From Pseudomonadota bacterium (GTDB lineage Bacteria; Pseudomonadota; Gammaproteobacteria; Acidiferrobacterales; UBA6901), in assembly GCA_043738765.1 (NCBI GenBank), contig JAYUFH010000074.1, forward strand, positions 1 to 44,385: a stretch of 44,385 bases of DNA, given 5' to 3'. The notes under the pieces are model-generated. The model did no database searches. It was not told where the DNA came from and saw nothing but the letters and a program-made list of their open reading frames with translations. The position numbers and the translations under genes are program-made. Of this stretch, positions 1 through 8,846 are shown one piece after another (position 1 is the first letter of the stretch; the number at the start of each line of letters is the position of its first letter).

Positions 1-929
1 GTGGACTTGGCCATGAGTTCCTTGATGCCGTGCACCTCGCCCTTCAGGATCAGGTCGGCGATGAGCGGTGAATTGATCATGACCTCCACCGCCGGTACCC
101 GGCCCTTGCCGGTCTTGATGGGAATCAGGCGCTGGGAGATGACCGCCTTGAGATTGAGCGACAGATCCATGAGCAACTGGCTGCGCCGGTCCTCGGGGAA
201 GAAGTTGATGATGCGGTCGAGGGCCTGGTTGGAGCTGTTGGCATGCAGGGTCGCGAGACACAAGTGGCCGGTCTCGGCGAACTGGATGGCGTATTCCATG
301 GTCTCGCGTGAACGGATTTCGCCGATGAGGATCACGTCCGGCGCCTGACGCAGGGTGTTCTTCAGCGCCGTGTCGAAGGTCTCCGTATCCACACCCACCT
401 CGCGCTGGGTGACGATGCAGTTGCGGTGCTGGTGCACGAATTCGATGGGGTCTTCGATGGTGATGATATGACCGTAGCTGTATTCATTGCGGTAACCGAC
501 CATGGATGCAAGGGAGGTGGTCTTGCCGGAGCCGGTGGCGCCGACGAAAATCACCAGGCCGCGCTTGGTCAGGGCAATATCCGCCAGGACCTTGGGCAGG
601 CTGAGCTCGTCGAATTTCGGAATCTTGGTCTCGATGGTGCGCAGCACCATGCCGACGAGGCCCTGTTGCATGAAGATGTTCACACGGAAACGCCCGATAT
701 CGTGGGGCGCTATGGAGAAATTGCATTCATTCGTCGACTCGAACTGGCGCCGCTGCTCCTCGTTCATGACACCGTAGACAAACGCGCGCGATTGCTCGGG
801 TGTGAGTGCCTGCTTGGTCACCGGCATGACCTTGCCGTCCACCTTGATGGACGGCGCCACGCCCGCCGTGATGAACAGGTCGGACGCCTTTTTGTGCACC
901 ATCAACTTCAGAAGATCGCTGAAAACCAT
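1..929 (-). CDS. pilU: Type IV pilus retraction ATPase PilU (C-terminus cut by the window edge)
   Basis: Not in the ORF track because it runs off the edge. My minus-strand translation from ATG at 929-927 reads MVFSDLLKLMVHKKASDLFITAGVAPSIKVDGKV...FVGATGSGKTTSLASM (Walker A)...EDPIEFVH...DVILIGEIRSRETM...TGHLCLATLHANSSNQA. The start codon directly abuts the pilT stop (930-932), which is the conserved pilT-pilU order. Confidence 0.85.
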   Translation of the reverse strand, partial: MVFSDLLKLMVHKKASDLFITAGVAPSIKVDGKVMPVTKQALTPEQSRAFVYGVMNEEQRRQFESTNECNFSIAPHDIGRFRVNIFMQQGLVGMVLRTIETKIPKFDELSLPKVLADIALTKRGLVIFVGATGSGKTTSLASMVGYRNEYSYGHIITIEDPIEFVHQHRNCIVTQREVGVDTETFDTALKNTLRQAPDVILIGEIRSRETMEYAIQFAETGHLCLATLHANSSNQALDRIINFFPEDRRSQLLMDLSLNLKAVISQRLIPIKTGKGRVPAVEVMINSPLIADLILKGEVHGIKELMAKS

Positions 930-2009
930 TTAACGCTTGCCTCCGGTAGCACCACCCGCCGCCGCCAGGCCGCTGGTGAAGCTGTCTTTGTTGGCTGCAT
1001 AGGTGCGCGCCTCTTCCTGAGATACCAGGCGGTTGCGCACCATCTCCATGAGACATTGATCCAGGGTCTGCATGCCCAAGCCCTGGCTGGTCTGCATGGA
1101 AGAATACATCTGCGCGATCTTATTTTCTCGAATCAGGTTGCGGATCGCCGGCGTGCCGATCATGATCTCGTGCGCGGCGATGCGTCCGCCGCTCATTTTC
1201 TTCAGCAGGCTCTGAGAGATCACCGCGCGCAGCGACTCCGACAACATGGCGCGCACCATGTCTTTTTCCGCCGCCGGAAACACGTCCACGATACGGTCGA
1301 CGGTCTTGGCGGCGGAGCTTGTATGCAGGGTGCCGAACACCAGATGGCCGGTTTCCGCCGCAGTCAGCGCCAGCCGGATGGTTTCCAGGTCGCGCAACTC
1401 GCCCACCAGCACCACGTCCGGGTCTTCGCGCAGGGCCGAGCGCAGGGCATTATTGAACCCCAGGGTGTCGCGCCCCACCTCGCGCTGGTTGATGAGGCAG
1501 TTTTTGCTGGTATGCACGAATTCGATCGGATCCTCGATAGTGAGAATATGCTCGTGCCGGTTTTCGTTGATATGGTTGATCATGGCCGCCAGGGTGGTGG
1601 ACTTGCCGGAACCGGTTGGCCCGGTGACCAGCACGATGCCGCGCGGCTGATCGACAATATCCTTGAAACTGGGCGGACAACCCAGCTGCTCCAGCGTCAG
1701 CACCTTGGACGGGATGGTACGAAACACCGCGCCCGGCCCGCGTTCCTGATTAAAGGCGTTGACGCGGAAGCGCGAGATGTTCGGCAGCTCGAAGGAAAAG
1801 TCGGTTTCGAGAAATTCCTCGTAGTCCTTTTGCTGTTTGTCAGTCATGATGTCGTAGATCATGTTGTGCACCGTGCGATCGTCCAGCGCGTCCACATTGA
1901 TGCGCTTGATGTCGCCATCGATACGGATCAGCGGCGGCAGGCCCGCGGACAAATGCAGGTCGGAGGCGTTTTGCTTGTAGGCAAACGCCAGCAGTTCAGC
2001 GATATCCAT
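930..2009 (-). CDS. pilT: Twitching-motility ATPase PilT
   Basis: 359-aa ORF. Motifs: MDIAELLAF...SDLHLSAG, Walker A GPTGSGKSTT, EDPIEFVH, Walker B DVVLVGELRD, TGHLVFGTLHTSSAAKT and AIRNLIRE. It has a short Gly/Ala-rich C-terminal tail. Confidence 0.95.
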   Translation of the reverse strand: MDIAELLAFAYKQNASDLHLSAGLPPLIRIDGDIKRINVDALDDRTVHNMIYDIMTDKQQKDYEEFLETDFSFELPNISRFRVNAFNQERGPGAVFRTIPSKVLTLEQLGCPPSFKDIVDQPRGIVLVTGPTGSGKSTTLAAMINHINENRHEHILTIEDPIEFVHTSKNCLINQREVGRDTLGFNNALRSALREDPDVVLVGELRDLETIRLALTAAETGHLVFGTLHTSSAAKTVDRIVDVFPAAEKDMVRAMLSESLRAVISQSLLKKMSGGRIAAHEIMIGTPAIRNLIRENKIAQMYSSMQTSQGLGMQTLDQCLMEMVRNRLVSQEEARTYAANKDSFTSGLAAAGGATGGKR

Positions 2010-2254
2010 TAATTAAGGTCTCCAAGGGAACGGTAGGCTCTGACTATTTTTAGTATAACGGGCCGACACGCACAAACAAGGCCAACAAACCCAGGGCTTG
2101 GACTTGTGTTTTACCGTAAAAAGGCTGCAACATCCAACTCAGGGTAGAGATTTTGCCGACAAAAAGGGGCGTCATCCGGCACCGATCTCCTGTCACTGGG
2201 GAAACAGAGGTGTCGCAGGACCGCTAGGGAACCTTACAAGTACTTGCCATCTTG

Positions 2255-2275
2255 GTAGGGTGCGTCCTGCGCACC
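2255..2275. repeat. REP-like unit GTAGGGTGCGTCCTGCGCACC (short GC hairpin behind a TAGGG head)
   Basis: GGTGCG (2259-2264) pairs with CGCACC (2270-2275). The TAGGG head plus GC hairpin recurs at 35369-35435 and 19903-19962. Confidence 0.4.
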
Positions 2276-2406
2276 GGAAATTCAAACTATGGGCACATCA
2301 GCGAAACTTGAAAACCGACTTAATCAGAGCATCCCCAGGTGGATAGTTGTACGTTACGATAGACGCCTCCGTAAACTGCTGTAACAAAAGAAGAGTGATT
2401 GGGTAC

Positions 2407-3234
2407 ATGAAACATCACACCATCGGATTTATCGGCGCCGGCAACATGGCGCGCAGCCTGGCGGGCGGTCTGCTCAATAATGCCTGGAGCAAGGACAAAC
2501 TGCTCCTCTCCGATCCAAGCCTGGAACAGCGGACGGCAATAACCGATGCCCTGGGGCTCACGGTGCTGGAGAACAACGCGGACGTCGCGGCACGCGCCGA
2601 TGTATTGGTCCTGGCGGTCAAACCCCAGGTTCTGCGCGCAACGGCACTGGCGTTGGCTGCCACGGTGCAGGCAAAAAAACCCCTGGTCATATCCATCGCC
2701 GCCGGTATCCGTGCCGACGACATACAGCGTTGGCTGGGAGGGAATCTGGCGGTGGTGCGGGTCATGCCCAACACCCCGGCCCTGGTGGGCTCCGGTGCCT
2801 CTGGCTTGTTCGCCAACAACCTCACCAGCGATGCGCAACGGGACGAGGCCGAATCCCTTTTGCGCGCCGTGGGCACCACCGCCTGGTTGCAGGACGAAGC
2901 CTTGATGGATGTGGTCACTGCCGTTTCCGGCAGCGGACCTGCCTATGTCCTGCTGGTGATCGAGGTGCTGGAACAAGCCGCCATCCACCACGGTCTGGAC
3001 CATGCCACGGCGCGTCTGCTGGCCATCGAAACCGTTTACGGCGCCGCCAAGATGGCCTTGGAAGGCGGCGAGGAGCCTGCCGCCTTGCGCGCCCGCGTGA
3101 CCTCCCCCGGCGGCACCACGGAACAAGCGGTTAAAGTGCTGGAGCAGGGCGGCCTGGCAAAACTCTTCGACGACGCCGTGGCCGCCGCCATCCAGCGTGC
3201 GCGCGAGCTGACCAACCTGCTGGGAGAAAAATAA
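2407..3234 (+). CDS. proC: Pyrroline-5-carboxylate reductase
   Basis: Internal ATG at 2407 gives MKHHTIGFIGAGNMARSL (NADP Rossmann motif). The C-terminal VTSPGGTTEQAV motif is present. The listed TTG start at 2347 adds an implausible leader. Confidence 0.93.
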   Translation: MKHHTIGFIGAGNMARSLAGGLLNNAWSKDKLLLSDPSLEQRTAITDALGLTVLENNADVAARADVLVLAVKPQVLRATALALAATVQAKKPLVISIAAGIRADDIQRWLGGNLAVVRVMPNTPALVGSGASGLFANNLTSDAQRDEAESLLRAVGTTAWLQDEALMDVVTAVSGSGPAYVLLVIEVLEQAAIHHGLDHATARLLAIETVYGAAKMALEGGEEPAALRARVTSPGGTTEQAVKVLEQGGLAKLFDDAVAAAIQRARELTNLLGEK

Positions 3235-3815
3235 TGGGAGGCTACCTCACCGAAGCCGGCGTATTCCTGATTCAATTTATCTTTGGTTTTTATATCCTGG
3301 CGGTACTGCTGCGTTTCTTACTGCAGCTGGTACGAGCGGACTTCTACAATCCTATTTCCCAATTTCTGGTCGCCCTGACCAATCCGCCCCTGCGGCCGTT
3401 GCGTCGTTTGATCCCGGGGCTTTGGGGTATCGATCTGGCGTCGGTATTGCTGCTGTTCATACTTAACGGACTACAGTGGTTGCTAATCCATATACTGAAT
3501 TACGGGACCACTCCCGCCCTGTTGGGTTTGGCGGTGTATTCCCTGGCGGATTTGTTGAAACTGACCCTCTATGTTTACTACGGCGCCTTGTTCATCCGTA
3601 TCATCGTCAGCTGGATCAACCCTTACTCCCAGCAGAACCCAGCCTTGAATCTGGTGGTGCGTCTCACGGAGCCCTTAATGCGACCGGCACGCCAGCGACT
3701 ACCGGCAGCAGGGGGGATCGATTTCTCGCCCATGCTGGTGTTTCTGGCCCTGGGTCTGGCACAGATACTGATCCTGCAACCCCTGCTGGTGCTCGGCCAG
3801 GGGCTGATGCACTGA
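3234..3815 (+). CDS. yggT: YggT-family integral membrane protein
   Basis: 193 aa with two YGGT-type repeats (RFLLQLVRADFYNPISQFLVALTNPPLRPLRR and a second repeat). TAATG overlap with the proC stop. proC-yggT order is conserved. Confidence 0.85.
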   Translation: MGGYLTEAGVFLIQFIFGFYILAVLLRFLLQLVRADFYNPISQFLVALTNPPLRPLRRLIPGLWGIDLASVLLLFILNGLQWLLIHILNYGTTPALLGLAVYSLADLLKLTLYVYYGALFIRIIVSWINPYSQQNPALNLVVRLTEPLMRPARQRLPAAGGIDFSPMLVFLALGLAQILILQPLLVLGQGLMH

Positions 3816-4117
3816 GCGGGCAACCCTCCTGGTTTCACTGGTCCAGCGAGGACCTGATTCTGCGCATACTCGCCCAACCCAGGGCCAAACGCTGTGAAAT
3901 CGTCGGGGTCCAGGGGGATTATCTGAAAATCCGCATCACATCGCCCCCGGTGGAGGGCAAGGCCAATGCCCAGCTGTTAAATTTCCTCGCCCAGGCCTTC
4001 GGCGTGCCGCGCAGCCGGGTCACCCAGACCCAGGGGTTAAGCGGGAAACTCAAGGTATTTCTCATCACCGCCCCCACAATTCTGCCGCATGGTCTAGATT
4101 TAGGACGTGACGCCTGA
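3812..4117 (+). CDS. yggU: DUF167 (YggU-like) protein; start codon uncertain
   Basis: The C-terminal 100 aa of ORF 3476..4117 read DLILRILAQPRAKRCEIVGVQGDYLKIRITSPPVEGKANAQLLNFLAQAFGVPRSRV, matching the YggU pattern (PKAsrd.i.g...lkv.i.apPvdGkAN). There is no ATG, GTG or TTG in frame near the domain start. CTG at 3812 overlaps the yggT stop as CTGA. Confidence 0.7.
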   Translation: MSGQPSWFHWSSEDLILRILAQPRAKRCEIVGVQGDYLKIRITSPPVEGKANAQLLNFLAQAFGVPRSRVTQTQGLSGKLKVFLITAPTILPHGLDLGRDA

Positions 4118-4252
4118 ATTTCCCCTACGCCAGCCTCCCCCGGCGCGCAACAAAATCAGGCCCCGCCCAGGATGGCCATCTCAACAGAATAGGTTTTTTA
4201 TATTTAAGGAAATTATGACTCTTGATGCGACTTCGTATTAAGTAATTTCACC

Positions 4253-6208
4253 ATGGCGCAAACCGACTCCTTTTCCCGCCGCCTGGCGGACTATAAAAAA
4301 TGGCGCGATGAGCTGACGGCCACCATCGCCGAGTATCAAGCGTGGATCGACCACCAGGGCCTCGGCAATGGTGTCGAGGACCTGCGCACCTACGAACTGA
4401 TTGAATCACTCAAGACCGACAAATTGATCATTGCCCTGGTCGCGGAATTCTCCCGCGGCAAAACCGAACTCATCAACGCCCTGTTCTTCTCCGATTACAA
4501 ACAACGCCTACTTCCATCGGAGGCCGGACGCACCACCATGTGTCCGACGGAACTGCAGTATGACGAAAAAGTCGAGGCATGCATAAAACTGCTGCCCATC
4601 GAGACGCGTGCTAGTGCCATGAGTATTGCAGAATACAAGCGCGCTCCTGTCAACTGGACCACCCTGGCCCTGGAGCTTACAGATTCCAAGAAAATGGCGG
4701 AGACGTTCAGGGAGATCGTACAAACCAAGCGGGTGACAGTCCGTGAAGCCCAGGAACTGGGGCTCTACAGCCCCGAGTCCGACCCGCACGGGGCCGCCCT
4801 GCATGTCGACGGCAGGGTGGACATCCCCGTGTGGCGGCATGCGGTGATCAATTACCCGCATCCGTTGTTGAAGCAAGGCTTGGTCATCCTGGACACCCCC
4901 GGCCTCAACTCCCTCGGTACCGAACCCGAGCTTACCATGAACATGTTACCCAATGCGCACCTGGTGCTGTTTGTCCTGGCCGCCGATACCGGTGTGACAA
5001 AATCCGATCTTGAGGTCTGGAACAATCACGTGCGCGTCACCCGTGGCTCGAAACAAACCACCTGTTTCGCCCTGCTGAATAAAATCGACACCCTGTGGGA
5101 CGAATTACGCGACGCCGGTGCCATTGCCGAGAGCATCCAGCGCCAGATCCAGGAAACCGCGCGCATCCTCGGCATCAGTCCAAGTCTGGTATTCCCTGTA
5201 TCCGCCCAAAAGGGTTTGATCGGTAAAATCAAAACAGACCACGGCCTGATTGAAAAAAGCGGCCTGCTCGCCCTGGAAGTCAAACTGTCGGACGACGTGG
5301 TCCCCAGTCGCCAGCGGTACGTGCGCGATAAAGTGATCGGTGAAATCGGCGACATGATCGAAAGCACTGGGGCCGTAGTATTGGGCAGGCTCGGTGCGAT
5401 CGAAAACCAGATCAGCGAACTGAAGGGACTGGGCGGCAAAAGCCTGGATGTGATCCAAAATCTGATCGCGCGTCTGCGCAAGGAAAAAGACGCCTACGAC
5501 CACACCCTGGTGCACTTCCAGCATTCACGCGCGGCGTTAGCCAAAGAGATCGATATCCTGATGGGCCATCTCAGCATGCCCAGCTTCGATAAACTGATTG
5601 ATCAAACCCGCAACGACATGCAAGACAGCTGGACCACCCACGGCCTGAAAAAAGGCATGGAGACATTCTTCAATGGCACCAGCGCGGCCATGGAGCTCGT
5701 AAACAAACAAGCACATCATGTGAAAGGGCTCCTGGAGGCGGCGTACTACAAATTTCACACAGAACATGGACTGACGAAAATTCGTCCAACGGACTTCTCG
5801 CTATTAACCTACCGCAGCGAATTTCAGCGCCTGCGTGAGGACGCCGAGGCATTCCGCAACAGCCCGGCCATGCTAGTAACCGAGTCCCATTTCGTGATCA
5901 AGAAATTCTTCATCACCTTGGTCAGCCGGGCGCGCGGCATCTTCGATGATTGCAACAAGGCGGCGAACACCTGGAGCCGATCGATCATGGCGCCGGTTCT
6001 GGATCAGCTCCAGGAACACAAAACCCAATTGGTCAAACGCCTCGACGATCTGAAGAAAATCCAGGACAACCTCGATAATCTGGACAAGCGCATTGCCGAG
6101 TTGGACGTCATCAAAAAAACCCTGCACAACCAGCAACAGATGGCGAAAACCATGCTGCACAAAATCCACCGACCCATTTCCACCGGCAACCGCAGTACAG
6201 TTGCTTAA
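4253..6208 (+). CDS. Bacterial dynamin-like GTPase (BDLP family)
   Basis: 651 aa. P-loop AEFSRGKTELINALF, G3 motif ILDTPGLNS, NKID-type G4 motif (LLNKIDTLWD), followed by a long helical stalk or paddle-like C-terminal half. Confidence 0.8.
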   Translation: MAQTDSFSRRLADYKKWRDELTATIAEYQAWIDHQGLGNGVEDLRTYELIESLKTDKLIIALVAEFSRGKTELINALFFSDYKQRLLPSEAGRTTMCPTELQYDEKVEACIKLLPIETRASAMSIAEYKRAPVNWTTLALELTDSKKMAETFREIVQTKRVTVREAQELGLYSPESDPHGAALHVDGRVDIPVWRHAVINYPHPLLKQGLVILDTPGLNSLGTEPELTMNMLPNAHLVLFVLAADTGVTKSDLEVWNNHVRVTRGSKQTTCFALLNKIDTLWDELRDAGAIAESIQRQIQETARILGISPSLVFPVSAQKGLIGKIKTDHGLIEKSGLLALEVKLSDDVVPSRQRYVRDKVIGEIGDMIESTGAVVLGRLGAIENQISELKGLGGKSLDVIQNLIARLRKEKDAYDHTLVHFQHSRAALAKEIDILMGHLSMPSFDKLIDQTRNDMQDSWTTHGLKKGMETFFNGTSAAMELVNKQAHHVKGLLEAAYYKFHTEHGLTKIRPTDFSLLTYRSEFQRLREDAEAFRNSPAMLVTESHFVIKKFFITLVSRARGIFDDCNKAANTWSRSIMAPVLDQLQEHKTQLVKRLDDLKKIQDNLDNLDKRIAELDVIKKTLHNQQQMAKTMLHKIHRPISTGNRSTVA

Positions 6209-6282
6209 TTTCTTCAACGACTGAGGTCTGTCGTCCAGCGGGTGTTACACCCTATGAGATTACCCTGTCGGAAATAAAAAAA

Positions 6283-6305
6283 GGCCGGAGGTTATGCCTC
6301 CGGCC
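6283..6305. terminator. Bidirectional intrinsic terminator between convergent genes
   Basis: GGCCGGAGG (6283-6291) / loop TTATG / CCTCCGGCC (6297-6305). It has an A-run upstream (6275-6282) and TTTT downstream (6306-9). Confidence 0.85.
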
Positions 6306-6328
6306 TTTTGCGCAATAGCTGAAACAAC

Positions 6329-7366
6329 TTACTTTGCGGCGGTCAACACCTTGTCGATGGAACCGAAGATGGTGTTGGGCACCAAGGTATTCTTGGTGAA
6401 CGCCAGGTAACCAGAATCCCAGAAGTATAATTGCATGCGCCACATCTCACCATACTGCACTACCTGCACACCCTTACCGGTGTTGATCACCAACACCTCC
6501 AGGGGAAGCGCCGGTGCGTGATCCACGCCCGGATAGGGCGCGTCTTTACTCTTACCATCGCTACGGAAGTCTGAGTTGATGCGTACCGCTTTGTTCTCCG
6601 TGTACGCATTGCTGATGCCGAAATAAACTGCGTTGGACCCAACGGGAATCTTGCTGATCAGCTTCCAACCCGAGGCGTCATCCGTCCCCTTGTCCTTGCT
6701 GGCATTAAGCAGATTCTCCACCTTGGCGACGGTGGCCGCGAAATTCTCCGGCTTGTCACTGAAAACCAGGTTCTGGCTCTCGCTCCAATTGCGGAACTTG
6801 GCCATCATCTTGGCGGGGCCATCACCATTGAATTTATTCAATGCCTTCTCGGTACGGGTCGGTTCGAGCTGCACGGAGGTCTGCGTACCCGGCACCCTGG
6901 CGACCACGTCCTTGATTTCCTGAGTAACTGCCTGGGCGGCGGCGATCATCTGCGGGTATTGCTCGGTCCCGGCGTAGAAGACCATGGCATGGGCGATAGG
7001 ATTGGCCATGTTGATTTGGGTCTTCTTACCCGCGCCATACTCGTAGACACCGATACGCAGTATCTGAGCGGAGATGGTGTTAGGGGGCAGATCTTTAGCG
7101 GCCCCCATATAACCTGGTGATGTCAGGATATACACCCGCGCTTTTTGTACCCCGTCCGGAATTTTAAGGTCCTCTTTGGCCTGCAGCGTCAACTTGGATT
7201 CTGCCAGGCTCTTTTCCAGTGCCGCTGTGGTCTCCTCAAACGAACCCGAGGCATCCAGCACACGCACGAAAATACCGTACTCATCTGCCGCCTGCGCAGA
7301 CCCGACCCAACCGAATGCAACTAAGAATAATGCCCCGATTACTATACCGATGCGTCGTAAACTCAT
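6329..7366 (-). CDS. Secreted protein of unknown function; possibly two DUF302-like halves
   Basis: 345 aa. Clear signal peptide MSLRRIGIVIGALFLVAFGWVGSAQA|AD. I recognise no catalytic motif. The DUF302-like assignment is a weak impression from the alpha/beta pattern only. Confidence 0.6.
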   Translation of the reverse strand: MSLRRIGIVIGALFLVAFGWVGSAQAADEYGIFVRVLDASGSFEETTAALEKSLAESKLTLQAKEDLKIPDGVQKARVYILTSPGYMGAAKDLPPNTISAQILRIGVYEYGAGKKTQINMANPIAHAMVFYAGTEQYPQMIAAAQAVTQEIKDVVARVPGTQTSVQLEPTRTEKALNKFNGDGPAKMMAKFRNWSESQNLVFSDKPENFAATVAKVENLLNASKDKGTDDASGWKLISKIPVGSNAVYFGISNAYTENKAVRINSDFRSDGKSKDAPYPGVDHAPALPLEVLVINTGKGVQVVQYGEMWRMQLYFWDSGYLAFTKNTLVPNTIFGSIDKVLTAAK

Positions 7367-7535
7367 TAGTTTCTCCTCCAGTGATATTGGCCATTATGAT
7401 TTATTGGAAACGTATCAGGCCGTTGTGGTTATACCCAGACTACCGAGAACATTGTGCGGTTTCCTGCGGCAGACCGCAACCTGCAATCCGGTGGGGAAAA
7501 TGAAGAAAAACTGAGGTCGCCTTCCCTGGCGTTTC

Positions 7536-7567
7536 ACGCATTACACACAAGCCGGCGTGTAATACGT
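7536..7567. other. 11-bp-arm hairpin between the Sel1 gene and the secreted-protein gene
   Basis: ACGCATTACAC (7536-7546) / 10-nt loop / GTGTAATACGT (7557-7567). There is one mismatch, C-A in the plus RNA and G-U in the minus RNA. The T-rich tail TGATTATTTT follows only on the plus strand, so orientation and function are ambiguous. Confidence 0.35.
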
Positions 7568-7595
7568 TGATTATTTTCAGTACACGCTGATCTGG

Positions 7596-8381
7596 CTAGG
7601 GATTAATTAGCAAAGTCTTCAAAACGTCGATCGCCTGCCCAAAGCCCTGGCGTGCCGACAGCTGCCACAACCGCACGGCTTCCGTGGGGTCTTCGTTCAC
7701 GCCCTGACCCTTTATGTACATTACGCCAAGGTTGAACTGGGCCGCGGCATACCCCTGTTTCGCCGCCATCTCCCACCACTTGGCGGCTTCCCGCAGGTCA
7801 ATGTCCACGCCAGTGCCTTGGGCGTATAACAATCCAAGATTAAATTGCGCTTCCACGTGGCCCTGAAGCGCCGCGGGCTGCCACCAGCGGGCGGCCTCCA
7901 CCATATCCCGTGGCACACCCTGGCCACGGGCATAGAAAATACCCAGATTGAACTGCGCGGCCGCATGACCCTGGTCTGCCGCTTTGCGGTACCAGGACAA
8001 TGCCTGGGTATAATCAGGCGCGACACCCGCTGCGGTGTCACCCTCCGCATAGAGGGCTCCCAAGGCAAACTGCGACTGCGAATCACCTTCCTCCGCCGAC
8101 AGCTTCCACAACCTCACTGCTTCAGGGTGACGGCCCCGACGATACTCTTGCATCGCCCGTTGGTAGGTACGGTCGACCAAAGAGGGCCTGCCAGTGTCGG
8201 TAGGCAGGGAAATGGCCAGCGGCTTCATATTGGTCAGGGTAGCGGTGGCTGCGTAGACCGGTAGCCAGGCCAGCCCCAGAAGCCCGACTGTTCCCAGGCA
8301 CGCATTTTTGAGCATGCGACCGGAAAACAAACGACGCAAGCCGTCGAAAGTTCGCGATATTTGCCTGAAAATGCCTCGCAT
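7596..8381 (-). CDS. Sel1-repeat (SLR/TPR-like) protein, exported or membrane-anchored
   Basis: About five tandem Sel1 repeats (AQFNLGIFYARGQGVPRDMVEAARWW..., AQFNLGLLYAQGTGVDIDLREAAKWW..., AQFNLGVMYIKGQGVNEDPTEAV). Start chosen at ATG 8381, preceded by GAGGGGG. Hydrophobic N-terminal segment LGTVGLLGLAWLPVYA. Confidence 0.85.
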   Translation of the reverse strand: MRGIFRQISRTFDGLRRLFSGRMLKNACLGTVGLLGLAWLPVYAATATLTNMKPLAISLPTDTGRPSLVDRTYQRAMQEYRRGRHPEAVRLWKLSAEEGDSQSQFALGALYAEGDTAAGVAPDYTQALSWYRKAADQGHAAAQFNLGIFYARGQGVPRDMVEAARWWQPAALQGHVEAQFNLGLLYAQGTGVDIDLREAAKWWEMAAKQGYAAAQFNLGVMYIKGQGVNEDPTEAVRLWQLSARQGFGQAIDVLKTLLINP

Positions 8382-8846
8382 AAAACCCCCTCTACACAAA
8401 AATAAGCGGAACGCCATTGCTGTCTGAATATAGAGCAATGGGCATGCCAACTTTTAACTGCTATAGAGAAGACTTGGGCAGGCCGTAGACAACTGAGGCC
8501 GGAGCGCTCACCACGACACCGTGACGTTCCGGATCGGTGTGCCAGATGCCCAACTATCTAGGTCGGCTTTTGTACCCCAGAGTGCACTTTAGCGCCTGCA
8601 ACACGCAGAAACTCCCAAAGGGCATCCCCCGACCTGTCTTGCGCCTCCAACACCAACCATTTATCGGACAACCCATGACGCTCATCCCAGCGCCATCTAT
8701 GAATATTCGGGCACTCTGGGTTAACCTGGACCACGATTAAGTGACTTCGTAAATTGGTAAAGCGACAGAAGAGAAAGGAAATATGGCTGTTGTCGAGCTC
8801 TCGTGTTGCCGGAAATGGGACACAACACTACACAGGAGGTGTAATA

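Noticed and set aside
426-2012. 528-aa plus-strand ORF, and similar long ORFs antisense to identified genes: 2320-3126(-), 10766-11824(+), 16017-17273(-), 17835-18968(-), 19092-19898(-), 20380-21150(-), 23545-24453(+), 25224-26315(+), 27567-28217(+), 29876-30652(-), 31061-32026(-), 34749-35558(-), 36405-37487(+), 38799-39731(+).
   Set aside because: Each lies exactly opposite a gene with unambiguous family motifs. Their products are Arg/Gly/His/Ala/Val-rich low-complexity strings without motifs, which is typical of GC-rich shadow frames. None has a credible Shine-Dalgarno.
3476-3811. N-terminal 112 codons of listed ORF 3476-4117, as a long form of YggU.
   Set aside because: This part overlaps yggT in another frame and its translation (Pro/Gly/Arg-rich) matches nothing in DUF167. 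Only the last 100 or so codons are YggU-like.
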